Below are positions 27,983 to 38,050 of a DNA stretch of 42,273 nt, one piece after another (the stretch's first letter is position 1; the number at the start of each line of letters is the position of its first letter). Both the position numbers and the translations under genes were made by a program. The notes beneath the pieces are model-generated. The model was not told the origin of the DNA, made no database searches, and saw only the letters and a program-made list of their open reading frames with translations. This DNA is from Cyclobacteriaceae bacterium (GTDB lineage Bacteria; Bacteroidota; Bacteroidia; Cytophagales; Cyclobacteriaceae), in assembly GCA_036788235.1 (NCBI GenBank), contig DAIQNU010000001.1, forward strand, positions 1 to 42,273. Direction: 5' to 3'.

Positions 27983-30900
27983 ATGATCACCTTCTTTTTT
28001 GCAGACGCCGGTCAGGTACTGGCAGTTCATTCCAATATTCCGCTTCAGGCTGAATCTATCGAAAAACTACAATGGCTATTTGATAATGCAAAACCGACCC
28101 AGGACAACGCTCTGAGTGGTACTTTCATTGGGCCAAGGCGGGAAATGCTAACACCATGGAGCACCAATGCCGTAGAAATTACACAAAACATGGGCGTGGA
28201 AGGCATTTTAAGGATTGAATTATTTCAGTCAACCGATGCATCCAATCCGCAGTTTGACCCTATGTTAAGTGCCGTTTATGATGGGCTTGATCAGGACATA
28301 TTTACCATAAATAAAAAGCCTGAGCCTATTCTGGCAATTGATGACATAGCCAGCTTTAACCGGCAAGAAGGACTGGCATTGAGTGATGATGAAGTAACGT
28401 ATCTGGAAGGACTAAGTAAAAAGCTTAATCGAAAACTTACCGATAGCGAAATATTTGGATTTTCACAGGTAAACTCTGAACACTGCCGACACAAGATATT
28501 TAATGGTCGCTTTGTCATCGATGATGAAGAAATGGAGTTTAGCCTGTTTCAACTCATAAAAAAAACTACCCAAAAAAATCCTAACCGGGTAATTTCAGCT
28601 TATAAAGACAACTGTGCATTTATTCAGGGGCCTATGGCTCAACAATTTGCTCCAGTGCGTCAAAATGTACCAGCCTATTTCAAAACCAGCGATTTTGAAT
28701 CAGTGATTTCCATCAAGGCCGAAACCCATAATTTCCCGACAACAGTCGAGCCATTTAATGGAGCGGCTACCGGCACAGGTGGAGAAATTCGCGATCGAAT
28801 TGCTGGTGGCAAAGGCGCAATACCTTTGGCTGGTACTGCGGTGTACATGACCTCCTACCCCAGGCTGGATGAGTACAGAACATGGGAAAACTCGATCAAA
28901 GCACGGAATTGGTTGTACCAAAGCCCGGCAAATATTCTCATTAAAGCTTCTAATGGTGCCAGTGATTTTGGTAATAAATTTGGCCAGCCACTCATCTGCG
29001 GAAGCGTGCTAACATTTGAGCACTGCGAAGATCATAAAACGCATGGCTTCGACAAGGTGATTATGCTTGCCGGCGGTATAGGCTATGGCAAAAAGAAAGA
29101 CAGCCTTAAAGATAAACCTGAGCCAGGTGATGCCATTATCCTGATGGGGGGCGATAACTACCGTATTGGTATGGGTGGTGGCGCAGTTTCATCGGTTGCC
29201 ACGGGTGAATTTGCCAATGCCATTGAGCTGAATGCCGTGCAAAGGTCGAATCCTGAAATGCAAAAAAGAGTTTGCAATGCCATAAGAGCTCTTGCTGAAT
29301 CTGAAACAAATCCAGTAGTATCAATCCATGATCACGGTGCGGGTGGTCATCTCAATTGCTTATCAGAACTTGTAGAAGATACCGGTGGCAGTATCAGTAT
29401 TGAAGAGCTTCCGGTGGGAGACCCTACCCTTTCTGACAAGGAAATTATTGGTAACGAGTCACAGGAACGAATGGGGTTGGTTTTAAAAACCAAGGATGTT
29501 GGTTTGCTACGCGAAATTGCCGAAAGAGAACGAGCTCCCATGTATGAAATAGGCGTGGCAACTGGCGATATGAACTTTAGCTTTGGAAGATCCAATGAAG
29601 ATAAAAAGCCCATGGATCTACAGCTCAGTGACATGTTTGGAAATCCGCCAAAAACTTTATTGCAAGATAAAAACCAGCAAACCCAATTTGCTGATTTACA
29701 AACTAATAGCAAATACATTTCGAAATATCTAACAGCCGTTTTGCAATTGGAAGCGGTGGCATGCAAAGACTGGCTCACCAACAAAGTAGACAGATCAGTA
29801 AACGGACGGGTAGCAAAGCAGCAAACCTGTGGAGCCCTACAATTGCCCCTTAACAATTGCGGAGTCAATGCCATTGATTTTATAGGTGAAAAAGGCATTG
29901 CTACATCTATTGGGCATGCGCCGGTAGCAGCTATGGCAAATGCTGCCAAAGGTTCGAGATTGGCAATTGCCGAGTCGCTGACCAATATCATTTTTGCCCC
30001 CATAGAGGGAGGATTAAAGGGCATTTCATTGAGTGCCAACTGGATGTGGCCATGCAAAAACGATGGCGAAGATGCTCGTTTGTACAATGCGGTAAAAGCT
30101 GCCAGTGATTTTGCGCTAGCACTCGGCATTAATATACCTACAGGCAAAGACTCACTTTCGATGACGCAGAAGTACGGCAAAGACGAGGTTGTTTATGCGC
30201 CGGGTACGGTAATAATTTCAGCCGTTGGCGAAGTCACTGACATTCGCAAAAATATAGAGCCGGTTATTCAGCCAGATATGAACAGTGAAATCTGGTATAT
30301 CGATCTTTCGCGTAGCGCCATGGAACTTGGTGGAAGCAGTCTTGCCCAGTCGCTAAATAAGATCGGTGCCGAAACTCCCGATGTGGCTGACCCAGCCTAT
30401 TTCCTTGCCGCCTTCAATGCCATTCAACAATTAGTAGAAGAAGAACTTGTGTTGGCCGGTCATGACATTTCATCGGGTGGAATGATCACCTGTCTGCTCG
30501 AAATGTGTTTTGCCCAGACCACACATGGTATGCAAATTGACTTGACAAAAAATAACACAGAAGTGGTTAAGCTTTTGTTTAGTGAAAACCCGGGTGTGAT
30601 TTTGCAGGTAAAAGATATCGAAAAAGCTAGAGATATTCTGGCTGGAGCAGGCATCCAGTTTGAAAGTATTGGCAAACTGAGCTTAGAATATACAGTACAA
30701 GTAAAAACCGGAGTAGAAGATTTTAACTTTGATCTCACTGAATACAGGCAAGCCTGGTATCGTTCATCAACGCTCCTCAACAATTTACAAACAGCCAATG
30801 GATTGGCTTTGGTAAAAGCAGAAAACTATGTAAAACAGGCATTGAACTATCAATTCAAGCCTTCCTTTAATGGTAGTTTTTTGCAATTCGGACTTGATCC

Positions 30901-31669
30901 TCAGCGGCAAAAAGAAAGCGGCATCAAGGCAGCGATAATCCGTGAAAAAGGTGTGAATGGTGACAGGGAAATGGCTTGGGCTATGCACCTGGCCGGTATG
31001 GATGTTAAAGATGTGCACATGACGGATTTGATATCGGGGCGTGAAACACTGCAAGACATTCAAATGATCGTTTTTGTCGGCGGGTTTTCCAATTCAGATG
31101 TACTAGGCTCTGCCAAAGGCTGGGCAGGCGCTTTTTTGTACAATCCAAAAGCTAAAAAGGCATTGGACGACTTTTATAATCGCAAAGATACTTTGAGCCT
31201 TGGTGTTTGTAATGGCTGTCAGCTTATGATCCACCTTGGACTTGTCACGCCAGATCACGACCAGAAGCCAAAAATGCTGCACAACGATTCTAACAAGTTC
31301 GAATCGATATTCCTGAATGTAGATATACCAGAGAATAATTCAGTAATGTTGCAATCACTGGCCGGAAGCAAACTTGGTATTTGGGTCGCTCATGGCGAGG
31401 GTAAATTCAGTTTACCCAAGGATGAAAAAGCCTATAACATAGCCATGAAATATAGCCAGGCAGCATATCCTGGCAACCCTAATGGTTCTGATCATAACAC
31501 GGCAGCATTGTGCTCGGCAGATGGCCGCCACCTGGTTATGATGCCGCATTTGGAGCGCTCTATTTATCCATGGAACTGGCCTTATTACCCAGCTGACAGG
31601 AAAAATGAAGAAGTTTCACCATGGATTGAAGCCTTTGTTAATGCACGAAACTGGCTTAGCCGGCAATAG
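27983..31669 (+). CDS. purL: Phosphoribosylformylglycinamidine synthase, single-chain large form
   Basis: 1228-aa ORF with N-terminal, AIR-synthase-like duplicated and C-terminal glutamine amidotransferase domains (GVCNGCQ nucleophile, HGEG, MPHLER). Confidence 0.97.
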   Translation: MITFFFADAGQVLAVHSNIPLQAESIEKLQWLFDNAKPTQDNALSGTFIGPRREMLTPWSTNAVEITQNMGVEGILRIELFQSTDASNPQFDPMLSAVYDGLDQDIFTINKKPEPILAIDDIASFNRQEGLALSDDEVTYLEGLSKKLNRKLTDSEIFGFSQVNSEHCRHKIFNGRFVIDDEEMEFSLFQLIKKTTQKNPNRVISAYKDNCAFIQGPMAQQFAPVRQNVPAYFKTSDFESVISIKAETHNFPTTVEPFNGAATGTGGEIRDRIAGGKGAIPLAGTAVYMTSYPRLDEYRTWENSIKARNWLYQSPANILIKASNGASDFGNKFGQPLICGSVLTFEHCEDHKTHGFDKVIMLAGGIGYGKKKDSLKDKPEPGDAIILMGGDNYRIGMGGGAVSSVATGEFANAIELNAVQRSNPEMQKRVCNAIRALAESETNPVVSIHDHGAGGHLNCLSELVEDTGGSISIEELPVGDPTLSDKEIIGNESQERMGLVLKTKDVGLLREIAERERAPMYEIGVATGDMNFSFGRSNEDKKPMDLQLSDMFGNPPKTLLQDKNQQTQFADLQTNSKYISKYLTAVLQLEAVACKDWLTNKVDRSVNGRVAKQQTCGALQLPLNNCGVNAIDFIGEKGIATSIGHAPVAAMANAAKGSRLAIAESLTNIIFAPIEGGLKGISLSANWMWPCKNDGEDARLYNAVKAASDFALALGINIPTGKDSLSMTQKYGKDEVVYAPGTVIISAVGEVTDIRKNIEPVIQPDMNSEIWYIDLSRSAMELGGSSLAQSLNKIGAETPDVADPAYFLAAFNAIQQLVEEELVLAGHDISSGGMITCLLEMCFAQTTHGMQIDLTKNNTEVVKLLFSENPGVILQVKDIEKARDILAGAGIQFESIGKLSLEYTVQVKTGVEDFNFDLTEYRQAWYRSSTLLNNLQTANGLALVKAENYVKQALNYQFKPSFNGSFLQFGLDPQRQKESGIKAAIIREKGVNGDREMAWAMHLAGMDVKDVHMTDLISGRETLQDIQMIVFVGGFSNSDVLGSAKGWAGAFLYNPKAKKALDDFYNRKDTLSLGVCNGCQLMIHLGLVTPDHDQKPKMLHNDSNKFESIFLNVDIPENNSVMLQSLAGSKLGIWVAHGEGKFSLPKDEKAYNIAMKYSQAAYPGNPNGSDHNTAALCSADGRHLVMMPHLERSIYPWNWPYYPADRKNEEVSPWIEAFVNARNWLSRQ

Positions 31670-31751
31670 TAAATTACATGTATTTATCTGTACTGATAAG
31701 GTTTTCGAGCTGTAAAACCTGAGCCTATTTCTGAAAGAATGATTAATCTTA

Positions 31752-31773
31752 GCGAGGTGTTGTAGAACCTCGC
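31752..31773 (+). terminator. Candidate terminator hairpin downstream of purL
   Basis: gcgaggt (31752-31758) / acctcgc (31767-31773), 8-nt loop, followed by tttcaggcttt...ttttttt. The T tract is interrupted. Confidence 0.45.
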
Positions 31774-31859
31774 TTTCAGGCTTTAGTCTAGTTTTTTTAG
31801 GGATTGCAAATCCTATAGCTCCTTTTATGCCGTGGTTGTGCCAACGGACAACCACCATT

Positions 31860-32468
31860 TTAGCCGGGCAAGGCAAATAATGGCATGGGTGCAAAAGCAC
31901 TGTCAGGCATCGAAGTTTCTAATAGCTTTTTATTTGCCTCTATAAACTGGTTTCGCTCACGAGCATAGTTATCGTAGTGTATTCGGTAAATCAATACATT
32001 GCCGCTTTTCTCGCTTATATCATTTATCAATTCCTGCATCAGACCATATTTTTCAAACTCGGGATGTTCCCTGGCGAAAGTTATTACTTCATAAGCAACA
32101 GCTGAAGAGAGTGAATCATAATAATCGATCAAATCAGAATCAGACATGGTTTGCTGATCGTATCGTATTGTGGCCAATGAATCTACCCTTTCGAGCAACT
32201 TACTGTGTTTCGTTTTGTCATAATTGTTGGTGTAAGAAATTTCCAACAACAATCGGCGCAAGAAAAACAGCTTTTCATCATCGTCGTTTGTCATTCTATG
32301 CCATGAAACATTTATACTGTCATTCAGGGAAGAATACATTAGAACAAGCGAATCCATGACTACAGTCTCACGCTCTATTTCTTCTTTTGACTTTTTGCAT
32401 TGCCAAAGCAACATGGAAGTAGCAAGAAGGAACAATATTGTAATGGTATTTCGTATCATAATTTTCAT
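31860..32468 (-). CDS. Hypothetical lipoprotein
   Basis: 202-aa ORF with signal peptide and Cys (ILFLLATSMLLWQC). The C-terminal IYRIHYDNYARERNQFIEAN is faintly LemA-like. No confident family. Confidence 0.65.
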   Translation of the reverse strand: MKIMIRNTITILFLLATSMLLWQCKKSKEEIERETVVMDSLVLMYSSLNDSINVSWHRMTNDDDEKLFFLRRLLLEISYTNNYDKTKHSKLLERVDSLATIRYDQQTMSDSDLIDYYDSLSSAVAYEVITFAREHPEFEKYGLMQELINDISEKSGNVLIYRIHYDNYARERNQFIEANKKLLETSMPDSAFAPMPLFALPG

Positions 32469-32492
32469 TTAAAATTTCCGGTTTTGAAATAA

Positions 32493-33419
32493 CTACCTAG
32501 TCCGCATGGTAAGCATGGCAGCACCTAATACACCTGCGCTGTCACCCAGCATTGGTTTCAAAACTGGCGTGGCATTTCTATCATTAAATACAAATTTACT
32601 AAGCATTTCAACGCCCCTGGTGTAAAGCAGGTCGATATTTCCCACACCTCCTCCTACAACAATGGCATCTGGATCAAGTAAATTAATGACATTAGATAAG
32701 GCCAGCGCAAAAAAATGTGTTAATCGATCCATGGTTTGTGTGGCAAATGCATCTGCATCTTTTTTGAAATTCTCAGATATATCAACCAAAGGCAATGAAG
32801 AATTCGAAATACTGCAATAATACTTTTCAAGTGCAGGGCCAGCCAAAACCGTTTCAACACAACCCGTTCTACCACAATAGCATAGTCCACCAGAAGCATC
32901 AAGATAATTATGCCCCCACTCTCCTGCTATGCCTTGCCTTCCATGCCAAATTCGCTTATTGAAAACAATTCCCCCACCTACGCCAGTACCCATAATGATC
33001 CCAAACACCATATTGGCATCAGGAACATGAGCGGGAACACAACCCACTGTAGTTTCTGCAAGTGCAAAACAATTTGCATCATTTTCAATATGCACAGCCA
33101 TTTGCAACCAGTTTTCCAGATCAGAAAGTAGCGGACGACCATTCAGGCAGGTGGTATTGCAATTTTTCATGAGACCTGTTGCCGGATCGCAAATACCGGG
33201 TGTGCCTATACCAATATTTGTCGGCTGCTCGCCCGTTTTTGCTTTTAGCCTTTCGACCAAGTATTCGATCCTGTGCAAAATGTGTTCATAGCCCAAGCTC
33301 GCTTCAGTAGCAATTCGTGTGCGCAGCAGTACCTCAAAAGTAACTGAGTGCAACACCACGCCTTCTATTTTTGTCCCGCCAAGGTCTATACCCCAAAGCA
33401 ATTCCGCATTAATTCCCAC
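32493..33419 (-). CDS. ROK family sugar kinase (glucokinase / N-acetylglucosamine kinase-like)
   Basis: WGIDLGGTKIEG ATP-binding motif and ROK zinc motif GLCYCGRTGCVE. The track ORF (to 33527) overlaps the AsmA-like gene. No ATG lies near the conserved N-terminus, so the likely start is GTG 33419 or TTG 33401. Confidence 0.85.
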   Translation of the reverse strand: MGINAELLWGIDLGGTKIEGVVLHSVTFEVLLRTRIATEASLGYEHILHRIEYLVERLKAKTGEQPTNIGIGTPGICDPATGLMKNCNTTCLNGRPLLSDLENWLQMAVHIENDANCFALAETTVGCVPAHVPDANMVFGIIMGTGVGGGIVFNKRIWHGRQGIAGEWGHNYLDASGGLCYCGRTGCVETVLAGPALEKYYCSISNSSLPLVDISENFKKDADAFATQTMDRLTHFFALALSNVINLLDPDAIVVGGGVGNIDLLYTRGVEMLSKFVFNDRNATPVLKPMLGDSAGVLGAAMLTMRTR

Positions 33420-36417
33420 CTCTCCGAAATAAATCTTTGAGTTTATCTTTAGCTTTATCTGTTTCTTTTTCAAGTTGCTCTTGTTGCTCCTTGGCTCTTT
33501 CTTCCAGCAACAATTTAGCTGAATCAACTTTAGGCTGGAGTTTCTCTTCTGCTTTATCCATGGCCTTGTCTACCTCTTCCCTGGCCTTATCTTCTGCCTC
33601 ATCGCGTCTACGATCAACTTCATCTCTTATTTCTTGTTTTACATCCTCTTTTACATCTTGAGTTACCGTTTTACCATCTTCTGTAGAAACGCTCACTAAA
33701 CTAAATTTAGGATCTGAATAAGTGCCACCAATGCCGATATTGAATTTAAGCTTTGTATCACCACTTAAAGATTGATTTCCTGTAAGTCCTGCAAATAGGT
33801 TGCCTACCGCCTGTCCTGCAACCCCAGCTGGCACTTCAGTATTGAGGTTATAATTTAAGCTCCCATCAAGTCCAACACTTCCGTCAATAGTAGCTTTTTG
33901 ATTAGCAATAGTAAGATCGAAGGGACGAACTGACGCACGACCATTTTTAATACTGGCATTAAGTAAAATATCCTTAAGTTGCATATCACTAGAAGAAGCA
34001 CTCATTTTAGTAATACTAGTAAGGCCATCTACTAACTTACTTTGCTTAAGATATGCATCGGCAATTTCGATGATTCCCCCACCAGTTAGAGTTTCAAGTT
34101 TAGGCATCATGTCTTGCCCGAGCTTTCCATTCATTTTAAATTTGGTATTGAAATCTCCGTTCATGTGCTGGGCAAATGGAGCAAATGCTTGTACTGTTGT
34201 AAAACTTGTAAAAGCATCAGGTATCGACAATGCTCTAATATTCATATCAAAATCAAATAGTGGATCAGCAGGATTATGGGTATCATAGGTACCATTCATA
34301 GTAATGGCACCACCTAGCAAACCGAAATTAAGCCCATCCATATGTATTCTACCATCACGAACAATCAAGGTGCCTTTGGCATTTTTTAGCTTCAAATTGT
34401 CGTAATTGATTTGAGCAATATTTGCATTAAACTCAAAATCAACATTTTTAGGTATTTCGAGCAATTCCAACTTTGTAGTGTCAGCTTCATCGGGTGTGGG
34501 CTCACCTGTCATAAACTCGTTGAGATCAAGTATATTGGATACCAAACTCATATTACCTTTCAGCAAGGCATTATCCTTAAAAATATAATCTATATAATTG
34601 CTAATAGCACCTTGAACGGCAAAGTCGCTGGATCCTACTTTCGCATTTAAGTTCTCAATGCGCATGCTCCGTGGGTCAAAACTAACTTTGGCAACTGGCA
34701 TATTCATGCCTTGTGGCAGGTCGTCACTTACAAATGAAAAATCGGTGACTTCGATATTGCCTTCGGTAGGAAACCTGTCAAACCTCTCGGCTTCCACGTC
34801 AGAATATTTGCCTTGTGTATTGACATCGGCTTTGGCATTGCCACTATATTTCATGCCTTCTATTGGAAACAATTCTGAAACTACACCCAGATCAAGTCCG
34901 CCTTTCATTGACAAATCCCAAGTATAATCAACCAAATTACTTAGTAGTAAATTTGCTGAAAATTCATCAGCAGCCATTTTAACAATAAAGTCATTTACCT
35001 TCAGAACACCATCCTCCATTTTGCCGCTAGGGCAAAGAAAAGAAGCATTAAAAGCCATATTTTCTAAGGCTTTTGGGAATTCCGCCGATTTCACATATCC
35101 ATTCTTCAACGACGCCTTAGCATCTACTGCGGGCATAACATTTCTTATGCTGTCATATACCCCTACGGCAGATACATCCATTGTAAACATACCTCGCATA
35201 GCCAGGCCATCCATGGGAAATAAGGTGCTCAGCTCTTCAAGATTAAGTGTGGCTACTACCTGAGCATCCATATCGTAGTTTACAAGGTTTTTAACCAATA
35301 AGCGAGCGTCGATAGGATTCTTTCCGAACTCCATTTTGAACTTACGTATATCTATGAGCGTATTATCAATGTTGCCATCTGCATTATCAACCAACATATC
35401 AATTTCTATGTTCCTTATAGCCTCGGGAAGATCAGGATACTGTATGTAGCCATTTTCTGCTAACAATTTCAAAGAGAAAGCCGGCATAGTGGTTTCACTA
35501 TATATTCCCTTGGCAAATCCCGAAAATGACATAGTTCCATCCGCTTTTACCCCATCGTACCCTTCTGTATATACCCCAGGCACCAAAGAATAAAGGCTTT
35601 TAATGCTACTGTTGATAGATGCAAAAGTGATATCCATCTCAATATCCTCGGCAGGCATGGCTATATAACCATCAAAACTTACAGGAAAATCATTGACTTG
35701 GATAAAATTATCTTTAAAAGTGAATTTGAAAGCCTCCAGATCCATATTCAGGGTAATATCACCACTAATTCTCTGTTTGTTGAGGTATTTTACTCCTTCA
35801 TAGGATACAATCACCTCAGCTATATCATTTATGGTAACCATATCGAAAACATTAAGGGTAAAGTCACCTCGACCTTCATGATTGACTCCTTTTAGATCCA
35901 TATAATAGTCCAGGGTTTTGTCATTATAGATAATTCGTCCATTGCTAATCACCCATTTATCAATACCCACCCTTAATTCGTCTGAAGATTCTTCCTCTGC
36001 CGCTTCTTCCTCTCCATCATCTTTTACGATGTCATAATTTGCCTTACCGTCTTTCAAAACCTTAATATTTATGAAAGGCTCCTTGAGGTAAATTGATTTA
36101 ATGGTTGGGTTATCTCCAAATAGACTAAAGAGGCCAATTACAATTTCAAAATCATTGACAGCTAAAAGTGTATCACCAGCAAACTCACCTTTACCGGTGA
36201 TGCCAAATTGTGACAATGAGGCTGTTGGATTCGGAAAATGCCTTAACAAACTAAAAGAAAAATTCTCTCTACTAAAATGAATGTTAGCATCAATGGTTTC
36301 GTCCAATGTCTTACTAATTTCATCCCTTATTCGATCTTTGAAAATGATCGGTACGGCTATAGCAGCTATCAAAAGCACAAGGAAAATTGCGAAAAAAATA
36401 ATTAAAAACTTTTTCAT
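33409..36417 (-). CDS. AsmA family protein with a K/E/D-rich C-terminal tail
   Basis: 1002-aa ORF. N-terminal anchor MKKFLIIFFAIFLVLLIAAIAVPIIF, then the AsmA-type N-terminal pattern (FSRENFSFSLLRHFPNPTASL...IYLKEPFINIKVLKDGKANYDIV). Long beta-rich body and ~85-aa charged tail. Confidence 0.85.
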   Translation of the reverse strand: MKKFLIIFFAIFLVLLIAAIAVPIIFKDRIRDEISKTLDETIDANIHFSRENFSFSLLRHFPNPTASLSQFGITGKGEFAGDTLLAVNDFEIVIGLFSLFGDNPTIKSIYLKEPFINIKVLKDGKANYDIVKDDGEEEAAEEESSDELRVGIDKWVISNGRIIYNDKTLDYYMDLKGVNHEGRGDFTLNVFDMVTINDIAEVIVSYEGVKYLNKQRISGDITLNMDLEAFKFTFKDNFIQVNDFPVSFDGYIAMPAEDIEMDITFASINSSIKSLYSLVPGVYTEGYDGVKADGTMSFSGFAKGIYSETTMPAFSLKLLAENGYIQYPDLPEAIRNIEIDMLVDNADGNIDNTLIDIRKFKMEFGKNPIDARLLVKNLVNYDMDAQVVATLNLEELSTLFPMDGLAMRGMFTMDVSAVGVYDSIRNVMPAVDAKASLKNGYVKSAEFPKALENMAFNASFLCPSGKMEDGVLKVNDFIVKMAADEFSANLLLSNLVDYTWDLSMKGGLDLGVVSELFPIEGMKYSGNAKADVNTQGKYSDVEAERFDRFPTEGNIEVTDFSFVSDDLPQGMNMPVAKVSFDPRSMRIENLNAKVGSSDFAVQGAISNYIDYIFKDNALLKGNMSLVSNILDLNEFMTGEPTPDEADTTKLELLEIPKNVDFEFNANIAQINYDNLKLKNAKGTLIVRDGRIHMDGLNFGLLGGAITMNGTYDTHNPADPLFDFDMNIRALSIPDAFTSFTTVQAFAPFAQHMNGDFNTKFKMNGKLGQDMMPKLETLTGGGIIEIADAYLKQSKLVDGLTSITKMSASSSDMQLKDILLNASIKNGRASVRPFDLTIANQKATIDGSVGLDGSLNYNLNTEVPAGVAGQAVGNLFAGLTGNQSLSGDTKLKFNIGIGGTYSDPKFSLVSVSTEDGKTVTQDVKEDVKQEIRDEVDRRRDEAEDKAREEVDKAMDKAEEKLQPKVDSAKLLLEERAKEQQEQLEKETDKAKDKLKDLFRRGGN

Positions 36418-36575
36418 AATGGTGTTTTCTGGATGTTAAAGAGAACGTTAATTAAGCTATGAAAGTCTACAATGTATGAATCAAAAATTGTGACGTCATC
36501 AAATCTTGTCAGGTTTGAGAAAATTCGATAAAAAAGCATTCCAATGAACTTTTTAATTGCAGATGGAATATTTAC

Positions 36576-36583
36576 CAAATATA
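36576..36583 (-). promoter_or_regulatory. Candidate -7 promoter box (TAnnTTTG on the minus strand) for the AsmA-like/ROK/lipoprotein gene string
   Basis: Plus-strand caaatata equals minus-strand tatatttg, ~160 nt upstream of the ATG at 36417. Confidence 0.3.
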
Positions 36584-36623
36584 CGAAATGAAAGCTTAGA
36601 AAGATCTCAACCATTAAGGGATA

Positions 36624-37850
36624 TTATGAGCTAGTGTAAATAGGTTTATTCTTGAGTACAAGAAAAGATCGGAGCATAAGCAAAATCATAAGTATGATAC
36701 ATGCCCAAAGTGCGTATTGCCACCATTCTGATTTTGCCAGAAAAAAACCAAGTAATACCGGTGCAGTTGCTGATACAAATACCATAACTGTAGTTGTCAT
36801 ACTTTTAATGCTACCCAAATTTTTAAATCCATAAATTTCTACCCACATGGCCGTGGAAGAAACTGAGGCAAGACTGGTACAAACGCCAGCCAATGCCAGA
36901 TAAACCAGTGCATATAATTTGTGATTACCTGCCAATAATGCCAATACACCCAAGATCATAGGCACCAGGTGAAATGGAAATACTACTCTTGCAGACAGAC
37001 TATCAATCAATGGCCCTGCTATGAAAGTTGTTGTAATTTTGGCAAGTCCGTAAAAAATAAAACATGTGGCTATCCATTCCATACTCCAACCTTTTAAATC
37101 TGCCAAAAGGTTGTGATGAATAAACAAACCAGTGATAATAAAGGGGACAAACACTGCGGTAGAAATTAATGTATAAAAGTCACGATCTCGAATTACCTCT
37201 TTCCGTGTTTTACCACTAAGCCCCGGTTCACCTGGCTTTACTGGTAACACAACTTGAAATTTATCGTCTTTTTTGACCAACAAAAGGACGAGTGGAATAA
37301 AAATTAATAAAACCATAAGCCCGAGAATTCGCCAGGCATTTTCCCACCCCGTTGTTGCAATAAAAAACATTGCTACAGCAGGCATGATGGTTTCACTCAA
37401 GGACAAACCCAAAGAAGAAAGTGATAAAGATTTGCCTCTGTTTTCTGTAAAATATCGGCCAATGGATGTTGAAGCAATTAATGGCATCAGGCTTTGGCCA
37501 GTAAGGCGAAGACCTAATATGCAAAAAAACAAAAAGTATCTGTTTTGTGCATAACCAATTAGGAAGCAGAAAAAAGCTTGAGACAAACCATTGACCAAAC
37601 TAAACTTTCTGATCGTAACATTGTCTAGCACATTACCCAAAAAAGGCAATAAAAAAGCACCTGCTAAAGTGGCAGCTGCGTAAATAATAGCAAAGCCTTC
37701 ATTTTTTATTCCTAATGAAGTCGTAAAACTGGCAACAAATACACTGATAAGAAATGTTTGCCCAATACATGAGAAAAAATAATGTGTAAAGCCATATCCA
37801 AGGTAAGGAGCATAATTTCTTACAAGTTGCAGATAATTCATTTGTATCAT
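36624..37850 (-). CDS. MFS transporter
   Basis: 408-aa ORF with ~12 hydrophobic helices and an MFS-like loop motif (GRYFTENRGKSLSL). Confidence 0.88.
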   Translation of the reverse strand: MIQMNYLQLVRNYAPYLGYGFTHYFFSCIGQTFLISVFVASFTTSLGIKNEGFAIIYAAATLAGAFLLPFLGNVLDNVTIRKFSLVNGLSQAFFCFLIGYAQNRYFLFFCILGLRLTGQSLMPLIASTSIGRYFTENRGKSLSLSSLGLSLSETIMPAVAMFFIATTGWENAWRILGLMVLLIFIPLVLLLVKKDDKFQVVLPVKPGEPGLSGKTRKEVIRDRDFYTLISTAVFVPFIITGLFIHHNLLADLKGWSMEWIATCFIFYGLAKITTTFIAGPLIDSLSARVVFPFHLVPMILGVLALLAGNHKLYALVYLALAGVCTSLASVSSTAMWVEIYGFKNLGSIKSMTTTVMVFVSATAPVLLGFFLAKSEWWQYALWACIILMILLMLRSFLVLKNKPIYTSS

Positions 37851-37857
37851 ATAAATG

Positions 37858-37865
37858 CAAAAATA
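37858..37865 (-). promoter_or_regulatory. Candidate -7 promoter box (TAnnTTTG on the minus strand) for the MFS transporter gene
   Basis: Plus-strand caaaaata equals minus-strand tatttttg. It ends 7 nt before the ATG, which would imply a very short leader. Confidence 0.3.
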
Positions 37866-38050
37866 TTGAATTTTATTTGCGAAAAAACGAATGACAACTG
37901 CATAATGTCAAAGATTCAATAATAAAAAGCCTTTTTTTCTACGAATTAGGGTAAATGCATTAATTTAGCCAACAAATAAATGAGAGGATAAAATTTGTAG
38001 GTTGTTTTGAAAAAATTATATTTCAGCACTTAGTAATAAATTTTTTGGTA

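Noticed and set aside
29347-30180. 277-aa ORF antisense to purL
   Set aside because: It lies entirely inside a strongly supported, motif-rich purL reading frame. Its product is S/L/A/C-rich with no motif, typical of an antisense shadow ORF.
31616-31900. 94-aa minus-strand ORF bridging the purL 3' end and the lipoprotein gene 3' end
   Set aside because: It overlaps two better-supported genes and the terminator hairpin region, and has no motif.
33437-33661. 74-aa Ser/Leu-rich ORF on the plus strand
   Set aside because: It is the mirror image of the K/E/D-rich (GAA/AAG-repeat-like) tail of the AsmA-like gene. The low-complexity translation is an artefact.
36491-36498. Perfect TGACGTCA palindrome ~75 nt upstream of the AsmA-like gene
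   Set aside because: An isolated 8-bp palindrome is expected by chance in 42 kb. It is not part of a longer dyad and no second copy was seen.
36414-36614. 66-aa F/I-rich ORF whose TGA overlaps the AsmA-like ATG (ATGA)
   Set aside because: Its composition is what AT-rich intergenic DNA yields by chance. Its ATG lies upstream of the only promoter-like box (36576-36583). No motif was found.
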